Positions 36,662 through 45,457 of a stretch of DNA of 64,000 nucleotides are shown here, piece after piece. Origin of the DNA: a virus; the IMG/VR virus record IMGVR_UViG_3300047168_000018, positions 7,887 to 71,886 of that record, one strand, 5' to 3'. The notes under the pieces were generated by a model that was not told where the DNA came from, did no database searches, and saw nothing but the letters and a program-made list of their open reading frames with translations. Position 1 is the stretch's first letter. Every line of letters starts with the position of its first letter. The position numbers and the translations under genes were made by a program.

Positions 36662-37293
36662 TGTCCAACAACTTCGACCGCTGCGTCGCCGTCACGCTTG
36701 CCTACGAAGGCGGCTTCGTCGACAACCCGGCCGACCCCGGCGGTGCCACGAATTTCGGCATCACGCTGCGCACCCTCGAAGCCTTCCTGGGCGAGCCTGT
36801 CACGGTCGATGACGTACGCAACATGACCGTCGACACCGCGACCGCGATCTACGGCGCGAATTACTGGAACGCGATGCGCTGCTCCGCGCTGCCGCCCGGC
36901 GTCGATATGGCGCTGTTCGACTTCGGTGTGAACTCGGGCATAGGGCGCGCGGTGCGGACGCTTCAGCGCATCGTCAGCGTCGCGCAGGACGGCTCTGTCG
37001 GGCCGGCCACCATCGGCGCGGTTCAGGAATGGCGGCCGGCCGATCTCGTGACATCGCTGTGCTCGGCGCGGCTGGCGTTTCTGCGCGGGCTCCCGACGTT
37101 CGCCGAGTTTGGCAACGGCTGGACGACGCGGGTCAAGGACGTGGCGGGAAGGGCGCTGGCGATGGTGGCGGGAGCGGGGCCTGTCGTGCCGGCTGCGCCC
37201 CCGTCAGAGCCGGCCACGTCCGGCCCCGACAATTCGGCTGACGCGCTCATGGCGCAAGAGCAAGCGACGCTTGACGAGGAACCTTCCTCCTGA
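36661..37293 (+). CDS. endolysin, glycoside hydrolase family 108 with peptidoglycan-binding domain
   Basis: EGGFVDNPADPGGATNFGIT; FDFGVNSG; DGSVGPAT; FGNGWTTRV. Confidence 0.92.
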   Translation: MSNNFDRCVAVTLAYEGGFVDNPADPGGATNFGITLRTLEAFLGEPVTVDDVRNMTVDTATAIYGANYWNAMRCSALPPGVDMALFDFGVNSGIGRAVRTLQRIVSVAQDGSVGPATIGAVQEWRPADLVTSLCSARLAFLRGLPTFAEFGNGWTTRVKDVAGRALAMVAGAGPVVPAAPPSEPATSGPDNSADALMAQEQATLDEEPSS

Positions 37294-37461
37294 GCGAGGA
37301 CCAGAAATATCCGCAGCCACACGGCTCGGTGTCGGTGCCCGGCGCAGAACCGCCCCGGCGCGAGCCGCCGCACTACAGGCCCCGGCGCGGGTTCTGGCGG
37401 CTTGAGCGTCACATCCGCGCCGTACTCGAGAAACCCGACCGCGACAAAAGAGGAGAATGAC

Positions 37462-37731
37462 ATGAACGAACCGACCGACGGGCTGGCGCAGTACCAGTCC
37501 ATCAAGACAGTGCTGGCCGGCAGGATCACCGAGGTCGTGCCGGCCGGCTGCTACGTGCAGGAAGCCAACGGCATCGCGTCGGTGTTCCGCGTGTTCGAGG
37601 AAGGCATGACCGTCCGGTATCAGCCGCAGGTCGGCGATTACTGGGTCGTGTATCAGCCCGATGGCTACCAGAGCATCTCGCCGAAGGCGGTGTTCGAGGC
37701 CGGCTACGTGCTCATGCACAAGGAGGCTTGA
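37462..37731 (+). CDS. conserved small phage protein (GDY..Y.DGY.S.SPK.VFE.GY family)
   Basis: GAGGAG SD; PQVGDYWVVYQPDGYQSISPKAVFEAGY. Confidence 0.75.
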   Translation: MNEPTDGLAQYQSIKTVLAGRITEVVPAGCYVQEANGIASVFRVFEEGMTVRYQPQVGDYWVVYQPDGYQSISPKAVFEAGYVLMHKEA

Positions 37732-37733
37732 CC

Positions 37734-38012
37734 GTGGGAAGCAACGCGACTGCCGCGACCGCGGCGACTGCCACCGGCGGCGCGAGTGCCGCGCTGATCG
37801 TGCTGGTGTGGGTGCTGGGCCTGTTTCACATCACGCTGCCGGCCGATGTCGGGGCGGCGTTCATCATGCTGGTCGGCCCGGCGATTCACGGCATCTGGCT
37901 TCGGTACGTGACGCCGCAGCTGCCGACCGAGCCGACGGCGATGGTGCCGGTGACGATCGAGGCTCCCGCGCCGGTGCAGGCAAAGGCCGCCGGAACGCTG
38001 CCCGTCCTGTGA
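37734..38012 (+). CDS. two-TM holin-like protein
   Basis: AGGAGG SD; two hydrophobic segments; within the lysis region. Confidence 0.6.
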   Translation: MGSNATAATAATATGGASAALIVLVWVLGLFHITLPADVGAAFIMLVGPAIHGIWLRYVTPQLPTEPTAMVPVTIEAPAPVQAKAAGTLPVL

Positions 38013-38395
38013 CCCGGATCGCCTGGCTGTTGCTGGCGGGAGTGATCGGCGCCTGCGGGATCGTGCTGGTGTGCTGCGGACTCGTCGGCCTCGCACACGC
38101 AGCGCCACCGCAGAACCCCGACCCGGTGCTGCACCGATGGTTCGAGACCCAGCACAGCGTTGCCGGCGCGTGGTGCTGCGATGTCGCCGACGGCTACATC
38201 CTGGCCGACAAGGACTGGCACCAGGCCGGCGATCACTACGAGGTCCGCATCGACGACAAGTGGCACCCCGTTCCGGCCGATGCGCTGCGCGACCCGCTTG
38301 GCGGCCCGAACCCCACCGGAGCGGCGATCGTGTGGTATCGCGGCTTCGGCGTCGACCTTCACATCTACTGCTTCACCCCAGGCTATGAGTACTAG
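38009..38395 (+). CDS. secreted Cys-containing protein
   Basis: Signal peptide ending AHA|A; WF..G.WCCDVADG..HYEVRI..W.PVP..NPTG.AIVW..IYCFTPG. Confidence 0.7.
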   Translation: MTRIAWLLLAGVIGACGIVLVCCGLVGLAHAAPPQNPDPVLHRWFETQHSVAGAWCCDVADGYILADKDWHQAGDHYEVRIDDKWHPVPADALRDPLGGPNPTGAAIVWYRGFGVDLHIYCFTPGYEY

Positions 38396-38415
38396 CCTTT
38401 ACAAGGAGACCACCG

Positions 38416-38757
38416 ATGCGCCATATTATCGCCAGCCTTGCACTGATCGTCCTCGCCGGCTGCACGCTATCCTCCGGCCAGACCACGGCCCTGACCAGTG
38501 CCGCCACAACGGTAGCGTCGGCCGCGCCCGCTGTCTCTGGCACGCTCGCCACCATCGTCACGGACGGGCAGTTGTTCTGCAAGAACCAGGGCACCATCGT
38601 CGCCCTCGCCACGCTCGCCGGGTCGCCCGTCGTCGCGAAGGATGCGTCGTCGCCGTATGTGACGGCGGCGTGCGCCGCGATCGGTGCCGTTCCGGTGGCG
38701 CCCCCTGCGCCGGGGACGGCGGTGCCTACGGTCGCGGTCGCCGTGCCCGCGTCCTAG
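38416..38757 (+). CDS. lipoprotein (possible spanin component)
   Basis: AAGGAG SD; lipobox LAG|C. Confidence 0.7.
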   Translation: MRHIIASLALIVLAGCTLSSGQTTALTSAATTVASAAPAVSGTLATIVTDGQLFCKNQGTIVALATLAGSPVVAKDASSPYVTAACAAIGAVPVAPPAPGTAVPTVAVAVPAS

Positions 38758-38758
38758 C

Positions 38759-39706
38759 CTATTCCCAAGTCGGCTCGCCGGGCTTCACTTCGACGGCTTC
38801 CTGAGCCCTGGCGTTGATCGTCAGCGGCTTCGGCTGCGCCATCTCCTGTAGAAGCTGCATGATCTGCTCGCGCGCCTGTTTGGCCTTCGCCTCGCCTTCC
38901 GCCGGCGGGGGCGGGGGTTCCGTGTCCATCATGCCCATCAGCTTCGCGAGGTCGACGATCGCCTGACGGCGGTCGCCGATCTTGATGCGGACGGTGATGG
39001 AGCCGTCCTTCAGCATCTTCTGCTCGACCTCGACGATGCCGTACGCCTGGGCGTCCGACAGCACTTCGCTGTCCTTAACGACCGCGCCCTTCGGCCCCCA
39101 TGTGACAAGGTCGCGAATGTTGATCGTCGCCAGCTGCATCAGGCGCTCGGCGAGGGCCGCCTTGCTGATTGCGTAATAGGCGACCGCCCTTGTTCTGGCC
39201 GTGAAGGCGACCGGATCGGCGTCGCGGATCGCCTGCTTTTCCTCCGGTGTCAGGTGCTTGATGCGCTCCTCGCGCGCCATCTCGCGCTCTTTCTCAAGCC
39301 GGCGGGCGACGGCGCGGGCGGTTTCCTGCTCGGCCCTCTGCCTGGCGTGCGCCATGATCGCCCTGGCCGCAGGGGAGACGAGAAACCGCCGGCCATTGCG
39401 TTCGGCCAGTTTCTTGTCTGTCATCTCGGGGGCAAACGTGTCGATGTAGGCTTTCGCAACATCGCCGTGTTCGAGAAACCGCCACATGAACCGATGCTGC
39501 TGGCGCGTCACCTTCACGTTGAGCGCCCCGGGGGTCATCGCGCCCTTGACGTGCTCGGGCCGGACTTTGTCGATAGTCGATTGCCGCGGCGGGTGAAGCC
39601 CCCGTGCGCCGTGCTTTTTCTTGGCAACCGTGGCTTTTTCGACCGGGGGCTGTAGGCGGCGCTTCTTCTGCCGCTTCAGCTTTGCGTCGTCGGTCTCGTC
39701 GGTCAT
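38759..39706 (-). CDS. terminase small subunit-like protein
   Basis: TRQQHRF..F..HGDVAKAY..AERNGRRFL HTH; LMQLATINIRDLVTW..IVEVE..IKIGDRRQAIVDLAKLMGM. Confidence 0.65.
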   Translation of the reverse strand: MTDETDDAKLKRQKKRRLQPPVEKATVAKKKHGARGLHPPRQSTIDKVRPEHVKGAMTPGALNVKVTRQQHRFMWRFLEHGDVAKAYIDTFAPEMTDKKLAERNGRRFLVSPAARAIMAHARQRAEQETARAVARRLEKEREMAREERIKHLTPEEKQAIRDADPVAFTARTRAVAYYAISKAALAERLMQLATINIRDLVTWGPKGAVVKDSEVLSDAQAYGIVEVEQKMLKDGSITVRIKIGDRRQAIVDLAKLMGMMDTEPPPPPAEGEAKAKQAREQIMQLLQEMAQPKPLTINARAQEAVEVKPGEPTWE

Positions 39707-40080
39707 GGCCGTTCCTGCAACAGCAGCCCGAGCGCCGCCCGGCCAACGCGCGTCAGACGGGCCAGAGCGCGGAGGCCATTCGGGTTCGGCACGATCTCGA
39801 TCATGTTGAAGTCGGGAAATCGCTTCCAGAACTCGCGGATGAAAACGCTCATGCCAGCACCTGAGACTTCTTTCGTGCTGCCGTCGTGCGGCAGGTATTT
39901 CAGCATGGCTTTTTCGCCGTTCGTCAATTCGGGGATGATGTCAATGACGTGCCGCGCCATCGGGCCAACCGGGACGTGATCGGCCTTGCGGCCGCCGTTC
40001 ATCCCGTGCCCGATGAAAACGATCCGCTTATCGGCGGCGGCCCGCGCTCGCAGCAGCAGCAGGTCGCCGATTTGGCTCAC
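39703..40080 (-). CDS. hypothetical protein
   Basis: 4-nt overlaps with both neighbours. Confidence 0.65.
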   Translation of the reverse strand: MSQIGDLLLLRARAAADKRIVFIGHGMNGGRKADHVPVGPMARHVIDIIPELTNGEKAMLKYLPHDGSTKEVSGAGMSVFIREFWKRFPDFNMIEIVPNPNGLRALARLTRVGRAALGLLLQERP

Positions 40081-40376
40081 TTGAGCCGCGCCTTCTTCAG
40101 CCGTTCACCGGCGGCAGCGCGCTGCTCATCAGTCAGGTCGCGCCCCCGGAACGGGTTCTTGGACATCCGATACGGCCAGTTGACGCACGACACGAGACCG
40201 CGGCGACGGACTTCCGACTCAGAACCGCTACAGCAGTCCAAACATTTGAGGCGGATCACCTTCAGCAGCCGCATCCCTTCGTGACCGAGTGCCTTCAGTT
40301 CGGCCTCGCTCATCTTCCTGGGATCGCGCCCGACCGGCGTCTGCTCGACGCTGTCCATTTCGAGATGCTGTTTCAT
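40077..40376 (-). CDS. small Cys-motif phage protein
   Basis: IRLKCLDCC.GS.SEVR....SC.NWPYRM.KNP. Confidence 0.7.
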   Translation of the reverse strand: MKQHLEMDSVEQTPVGRDPRKMSEAELKALGHEGMRLLKVIRLKCLDCCSGSESEVRRRGLVSCVNWPYRMSKNPFRGRDLTDEQRAAAGERLKKARLK

Positions 40377-40600
40377 CTGCCGTCCCTCCACTCAACTTGC
40401 GTCGGCCAGTCGATGAGCGACGTGTAACGAATCTCGACATCAAGCGGCTTGCCAGAGGCGACCAGATGAAAGGCGTTCAGCAGAATGGACACTCGCAGCG
40501 GAATGCCGCACTCGCGCTCAAGGCGGACCGCAAGAACCACATCCAGCCGCTCGCGCTGCATCTGGCTGAATACCAATGGTTCCGGCAGCGGCGCCCTCAC
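40373..40600 (-). CDS. hypothetical protein
   Basis: GTG overlaps the RuvC stop; fills the operon gap. Confidence 0.5.
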   Translation of the reverse strand: MRAPLPEPLVFSQMQRERLDVVLAVRLERECGIPLRVSILLNAFHLVASGKPLDVEIRYTSLIDWPTQVEWRDGR

Positions 40601-41109
40601 GCCGCCTTCCCGGCCGTGACGCGCCCGCGCCCGAGAATGTGGGCGTAGCGCAGCAGGATCAGGGCATCGGCGGCGTCGTCGCTCTCGACATCCCATCCCT
40701 GCGCTCGGCACCAATCCAGCATCGGGCTTTTCGGGTGAGCCCCTTCCGCCGCCTGCGGCCGCCCGTGCCCGAGCACCAGATTGCGGACGGTGCCGACGTG
40801 CTCCTCGCGGTAGCGGACCCCGGCCTCGGTTGCAATCATCTCGACGATGCCGCAGAGCGAAAGCAGAATCCGCGCCGTCGCGCCGCCGCGCCGGCCCGCC
40901 GGGGCCTCGTACACAACGAGTTCCGGCGCGTGGACGGTTATCGCATCTTCGAGTTCGCCGGCCAGTTTCGAGAAGCGAAGCCCGCTGCCGGAATCGTCCT
41001 GCTTGCCGAGGTTCCAGACGCCCCACACGAGCCGACCGCCATCCCGGCCAACGGCAAATCCAGTTTTGAGGGACAGGTCGAGCGCCAGGATGGTGCCGCG
41101 GGTAATCAT
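40597..41109 (-). CDS. ruvC: RuvC-like Holliday junction resolvase
   Basis: ILALDLSLKTG; VVYEAP; SDDAADAL. Confidence 0.8.
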   Translation of the reverse strand: MITRGTILALDLSLKTGFAVGRDGGRLVWGVWNLGKQDDSGSGLRFSKLAGELEDAITVHAPELVVYEAPAGRRGGATARILLSLCGIVEMIATEAGVRYREEHVGTVRNLVLGHGRPQAAEGAHPKSPMLDWCRAQGWDVESDDAADALILLRYAHILGRGRVTAGKAA

Positions 41110-41762
41110 GCGTTGCCGACGGCCGGGCCGTCGAGGGCGGCGACCGCCGCGTCGATCGCGTCGGGTTCGCGCTTCTTGCCGCCCGGCGCCTTTGCGCCCC
41201 TCGCCTTGCGGGCGCGCGGCTGCGCCGTCTTCTCCTCCTTCGGCGGCTTCACTTTCGCGTCCTTGGCGAGCAGCTTCCGGTCGGCCGCGCCATCCGTCCA
41301 GCCGTCGCGCCACTTGACGTATTCCTCGGACCCCGGCTTGAACGGGCACCCCGACACTTCGCCGCCGGCGCGGGCGCTGTTGTAGCCGTCACCGAACGCG
41401 CGGGCGAGCGCGAGCCGCGCCTCGTTGTCCGACAGCGGCCGATCTGTCGTCGCCGGCGGCTTCGTCATCGCCTGGGTGAAATCGCCCTGACCGTCGGGGC
41501 CGAAGTCGAACACCGCCTTCGTGTAGCGGGCGCGGGTCGCCAGCTTCGCTTGAAGTTCGTCCGTGTCCAGCTTCGAGAGGCTGTGCATCTCCTTCGCTTC
41601 GTCCTTGTCGATGCCCTCGGCCTCGAACGCGCGCCACTTGGCGGCTTTGCGGGCCTTGAGGCGCATTTCCTCGACCTCGATCTCAGCCAGCCACGCCAGA
41701 CAGGCATGGAGGGCGTCGTCGTTCGAGTTCTTCGGCACGTCGGCGCTCAGTTTCTTGGCCAA
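41106..41762 (-). CDS. GapR-like coiled coil fused to an RMF/CrpP-like module
   Basis: N-terminal LAEIEVEE..LKARK..EAEGID; GYNSARAG..CPF..EYVKWRDGWTDG. Confidence 0.6.
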   Translation of the reverse strand: MAKKLSADVPKNSNDDALHACLAWLAEIEVEEMRLKARKAAKWRAFEAEGIDKDEAKEMHSLSKLDTDELQAKLATRARYTKAVFDFGPDGQGDFTQAMTKPPATTDRPLSDNEARLALARAFGDGYNSARAGGEVSGCPFKPGSEEYVKWRDGWTDGAADRKLLAKDAKVKPPKEEKTAQPRARKARGAKAPGGKKREPDAIDAAVAALDGPAVGNA

Positions 41763-41772
41763 CTGGGTTCTC

Positions 41773-42057
41773 CTACGAAGGGTTGATGACGGTTGTGGTG
41801 GGGTTGGCCCGCTCCTTGTCGACCCATTCCCACACGGCCCCCTCCGGCACCTTGTAGGCGCGGGCGACGTGCTGAACGAGATCGGCGATCAGCAGCCCAT
41901 AGCTGCGGTGCGTGTAGCCGGAAGCCGGGTGGATATGCGTCACGACCGACTTGTCCGGGCCGATGAACATGACCACCAAAGGGTTTTCGATCTGGAACGT
42001 CTCGGGCATCGGGTAGCGGAAGCCGAGCGGGTCGGCCTTCATCGGCAGTTTCGGCAT
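41773..42057 (-). CDS. hypothetical protein
   Basis: GGAGA SD before ATG 42057. Confidence 0.65.
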   Translation of the reverse strand: MPKLPMKADPLGFRYPMPETFQIENPLVVMFIGPDKSVVTHIHPASGYTHRSYGLLIADLVQHVARAYKVPEGAVWEWVDKERANPTTTVINPS

Positions 42058-42092
42058 CGGCGTTCTCCGTGCAAATCGCGATTGTAATGCGG

Positions 42093-42317
42093 TCAGCGGC
42101 CGGCGGCACAGGCTTTGCGCTTGGATGCGCGGTGCAGACAATTGAAGTCGATGCCTGGTATGCCGCGCCGATCCGCAGCCTGGATAATCGCTTCCATCCT
42201 GTTGGGCGGCACGATGTTGCGGTGCCTCCACACGCGGAGCGCGTTGATTGTAATGCCGGCGTCCGCCGCGAAAGCGGCGTCGGACGGCCAGAGCGCGATG
42301 ATTTGAGCCACTGTCAT
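42093..42317 (-). CDS. Cro-like HTH regulator
   Basis: TVAQIIALWPSDAAFAADAGI..RVWRHRNIVPP; located at the divergence point. Confidence 0.75.
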   Translation of the reverse strand: MTVAQIIALWPSDAAFAADAGITINALRVWRHRNIVPPNRMEAIIQAADRRGIPGIDFNCLHRASKRKACAAGR

Positions 42318-42423
42318 GGCATTCACATAGGAAACCGGAAATTTCGCGCAAGTAAGTTTTGCCCTTGAACTGGCCGGGCATTTCAGCCATGTAATGCGGA
42401 CACCGGCCACCGAGGGGCATTTC
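42318..42423. promoter_or_regulatory. divergent control region
   Basis: Strand switch; GAAACCGGAAATTTC inverted repeat; GGGCATTTCA twice; TTGAAC..TGTAAT. Confidence 0.5.
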
Positions 42424-42744
42424 ATGTCGGGTATCGACCTTACACTCCTGCCGGGCGGCGGGTTTGTCGCCATCGCCGCCGATGTCGTGTCAGGGCACGA
42501 CCTGCATGCGGCGATGTTCGATTGCCCGTCTTCCCGGCGGATCAGGCGGCGCGACTGGCAGGTGATCCTGCGGCGGCGGCGGGGCGACCTGCTGCTGTAT
42601 TGGAGAGCGCGGCAGAGGGGCGACAACCGGCCCGGCTGGCGGCGCGAGGTTCTTGCCGACTTGCGCCGGGCGCGGGCTGGCTTGAGGCGTGCAGAGGCGG
42701 CAGTGGCCGCAATACCGGCTGATTTCCCAGGGAGGACACGATGA
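42424..42744 (+). CDS. hypothetical Arg-rich protein
   Basis: GAGG SD; stop overlaps the next ATG. Confidence 0.55.
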   Translation: MSGIDLTLLPGGGFVAIAADVVSGHDLHAAMFDCPSSRRIRRRDWQVILRRRRGDLLLYWRARQRGDNRPGWRREVLADLRRARAGLRRAEAAVAAIPADFPGRTR

Positions 42745-43079
42745 GCGAAGTTGTCGAGGCAAAGCCGACCTACAAGGCCGTCATCCGTTTCGACGGCGGG
42801 AGCGTCTACGCTGCCGAGAAAGACGATGGATGGGGCATTGCGCCGATCCAGATCGAGTTCGGCGATTCCTTCAAGGAAGGGTCGTTTCGCCGCTTCTTCT
42901 CGGCGGCGCTGGCGCGGCAGATCGCGGCGCTTTTGATAGAAAAGGCGGACTACGTCGAGTCCGCCGCCTATGCGGTGGCCCCCGTCGAACCGGAAACCCC
43001 GGTCGAGGCCCCGCCCGCTGTCGTGGCGTTGGATCAGCCCGACATCGGCACCGCGCCCGACGCCGACTTTACCTTCTGA
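42741..43079 (+). CDS. hypothetical protein
   Basis: GGAGG SD; typical codon usage. Confidence 0.7.
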   Translation: MSEVVEAKPTYKAVIRFDGGSVYAAEKDDGWGIAPIQIEFGDSFKEGSFRRFFSAALARQIAALLIEKADYVESAAYAVAPVEPETPVEAPPAVVALDQPDIGTAPDADFTF

Positions 43080-43090
43080 GGGGCACCGTC

Positions 43091-43306
43091 ATGGAACAGA
43101 ACCAGTTTCTGAACGGCATCAAAATCCTGCATGCCATCGACAAGCACGAGATCGAGGCAAAGCTGAAACGCCCAATGGATGGGGATTCCTGGCAGGCGTT
43201 CCGGTCGAATCCCTCGCGCTACTTCATGCGCGCGTGCGACGCTGAGGCCGGCGCGATCTGGGCGGTGATCGAGGACCGGAACGTCCCGGCAAGGGGGTCG
43301 CTGTGA
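43091..43306 (+). CDS. hypothetical protein
   Basis: GAGG SD; WQAFRSNPSRYFMRA.D..A.AIW. Confidence 0.65.
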   Translation: MEQNQFLNGIKILHAIDKHEIEAKLKRPMDGDSWQAFRSNPSRYFMRACDAEAGAIWAVIEDRNVPARGSL

Positions 43307-43386
43307 AGGCGGCCGAGGCGCTCGCGCTGATTGCCATCGGCGCCGTTGCTGGGTGGGCGTTCACACTGGCGGCGGCGGGGCTGTAG

Positions 43387-43803
43387 ATGGGGGTTCAGGG
43401 TCGCCAGGAGACGTACAAGACGTTGCTGACGCCGGTGTTGCGCGACGAGATCAATCGTCTCGTCGATGCCGGCGCGACGCAGGGCCAGATCGTGCGCAAG
43501 ACCGGCATTCATCGTGCGACCATCGGGTCGTGGATGCGGGAAGGGAAGACGAAGCGGTGCCCGGCCAGCGCGGTGCCGGGCCGCCGGCCGCAGCCAGCCA
43601 GCGACGTGATGAACGGGCGGCTTGTGAAGGGTCCGGAGGCGCTGATGGACGTGTGGGTGTCGAACGATCTGGCGTGGCTGATGGCGCGGATCGACCTCTA
43701 CAAGAATTACGGCCTGACGCAGACCCGCGAATACGTGCTGTGGCGCGAGCGGGCGACCGAACTTCTGATGGCGCGGGCCGAGCGGGAAATGGAGGCGGCG
43801 TGA
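43387..43803 (+). CDS. HTH DNA-binding protein
   Basis: LVDAGATQGQIVRKTGIHRATIGSW. Confidence 0.7.
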   Translation: MGVQGRQETYKTLLTPVLRDEINRLVDAGATQGQIVRKTGIHRATIGSWMREGKTKRCPASAVPGRRPQPASDVMNGRLVKGPEALMDVWVSNDLAWLMARIDLYKNYGLTQTREYVLWRERATELLMARAEREMEAA

Positions 43804-44117
43804 TGAACGACGGCAGGCGCGTCCTCGGCACGATCCCCGAGCCAGGCCACTACGAGCGCCGATCCCGCAAGGGTGCGCCCCGTCAGGCGCTGCGCATCAT
43901 CCACTCGCCCGACACGGGTTGGGTCGTGTTGCTGAATGGCGAGGCGGTGAGAGGATCGGGGGCGGCGGACTGGGTTGACGTGCCATTGCTTTTGCGGTGG
44001 CCGTTCAACCCGATTTCGCCGGAAGCCTACTACGCTCTGTTGCAGGAGCGCGAACTCGACACCGAGACGCCGCTCGACGAGCGCGTTGATCTCAGGAAAG
44101 CAAGGAGCCTGTTCTGA
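43803..44117 (+). CDS. hypothetical phage protein
   Basis: Coupled start; PEPGHY..R.GAP..PIS..YY.L. Confidence 0.65.
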   Translation: MNDGRRVLGTIPEPGHYERRSRKGAPRQALRIIHSPDTGWVVLLNGEAVRGSGAADWVDVPLLLRWPFNPISPEAYYALLQERELDTETPLDERVDLRKARSLF

Positions 44118-44296
44118 TGCCGCGCACACCAAAGATGCGTCATTGCTTTAACTGCGGCGAGGAACTCGGCGTCTATGCCGACCACGACCCGCTTGATGAC
44201 TGCGGGAAACTGAAATGCGCCCGCGCCGCAAGGGATGCCCGCGCGCAGGAGCGCGAGGAAGCCCATGAGCGGCTTGACCGCGACCTCGGCTATTGA
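44117..44296 (+). CDS. small Zn-finger protein (59 aa; not in the ORF track)
   Basis: MRHCFNCGEELG..DCGKLKC..AHERLD; AGGAG SD. Confidence 0.65.
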   Translation: MPRTPKMRHCFNCGEELGVYADHDPLDDCGKLKCARAARDARAQEREEAHERLDRDLGY

Positions 44297-44322
44297 CTGA
44301 CCACCGACAGGGAGACCACCCG

Positions 44323-44532
44323 ATGGAATGGAAGTTAGGGATCCGCCTTACACCGCCGCCGTCGGGCGACCTGCTTCCAACGCAAAAAATAGATGTGATG
44401 GAAGTGTCGCCCTTTAGCGGGCGCTCGGTTTGTGTTCACGGCGGAAAGATCGAGGTCCACGGCCGTGATTGCACAGAGGTTGCACAGCGTATCATTGACT
44501 TTTTGAACACTCAGGAGACCACCAATGGATGA
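44323..44532 (+). CDS. hypothetical protein
   Basis: GGAGA SD. Confidence 0.55.
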   Translation: MEWKLGIRLTPPPSGDLLPTQKIDVMEVSPFSGRSVCVHGGKIEVHGRDCTEVAQRIIDFLNTQETTNG

Positions 44533-45451
44533 AGACATGCCCGGCTTGGGCGACAACCACCCGCCTGCGGAAGACGCGCTTGAAATGCGGCTTGCGGCAA
44601 TCGACCCGACGAAGCTGACCGTCGTTGCGGTCGATGAAGTCGCGCCGCTGCTCGACTTGCAGTACCCCGGCCTGAAAGCGCGGTTCGCGGAACTGATGGG
44701 CGGCATCGACCGCTGGACCATCCTCCACCAGAACGGCATCGCCGACGATGCGGACCTCAACAAAACATCCACGTTCATGCGCCAGATCGCCGGTTTCGGC
44801 ATCGGCGACAAGAGCGAATTGCGAACCGCGCACGGGCCGGTAAAGGGGCCGATTCATGCCCTGGGCAAAGCCGTGGACGCTTGGTTCGGCAATCTCGCCG
44901 ATCCGCTGAAGCAGGCGACCGAGGCGATGAACAGGGCGTCGACGGTCTACCTTCGCCAGAAGGCTGATCGGGAACGCAGGGCGCGGGAGGAAGAATCCGC
45001 CCGGGCGCAGCGCGAGGCGAACGAGCGTGCGCGGGCCGCGCGGGAGGCGCTTGAGGCCGAGCAGAAGGCGGCGGCGCTGGCGCGGCAGGGCGAGGTCGAT
45101 GCGGCTGCCGTCGTTGCGGCAACCGAGAAGGCCGACGCCGCGCTGGCCCATGCGCAGGAGGCCGAGGAAAAGGCCGCGATGGTGCAGGAGCAGGCTTCCG
45201 CTTCTGTCGCCGACCTTGTGCGACAGCGTTCGGCCTCCGGGGTGACGACGACCCTCGCGACCTCGTGGACCTACCGGGTCGAGGACATGAAGGCGCTGTG
45301 CGCGGCGGTCGCCGCCGGGACGGTGCCGGTCAGCTTCGTGATGGTGAACGATGCCGTCGTGAAGGCGTCGATCCGCGGCAAAGCCGGGCTGCGGGAGATC
45401 GCCGGGCTGGTGATCGAGGAAGACTTCAAGGCGCGGAGGAGCGGGGCGTGA
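44525..45451 (+). CDS. coiled-coil recombination-module protein
   Basis: GLGDNHPP; long EAR-rich coil; GLREIAGLVIEE C-terminus; upstream of RecT. Confidence 0.7.
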   Translation: MDEDMPGLGDNHPPAEDALEMRLAAIDPTKLTVVAVDEVAPLLDLQYPGLKARFAELMGGIDRWTILHQNGIADDADLNKTSTFMRQIAGFGIGDKSELRTAHGPVKGPIHALGKAVDAWFGNLADPLKQATEAMNRASTVYLRQKADRERRAREEESARAQREANERARAAREALEAEQKAAALARQGEVDAAAVVAATEKADAALAHAQEAEEKAAMVQEQASASVADLVRQRSASGVTTTLATSWTYRVEDMKALCAAVAAGTVPVSFVMVNDAVVKASIRGKAGLREIAGLVIEEDFKARRSGA

Positions 45452-45457
45452 CGAACA

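Noticed and set aside
37290-37460. Possible CTG-start 56-aa ORF, or structured ncRNA, after the endolysin
   Set aside because: Both readings are possible (CAGAACC/GGTTCTG stem, GCGA loop) but neither has enough support to call
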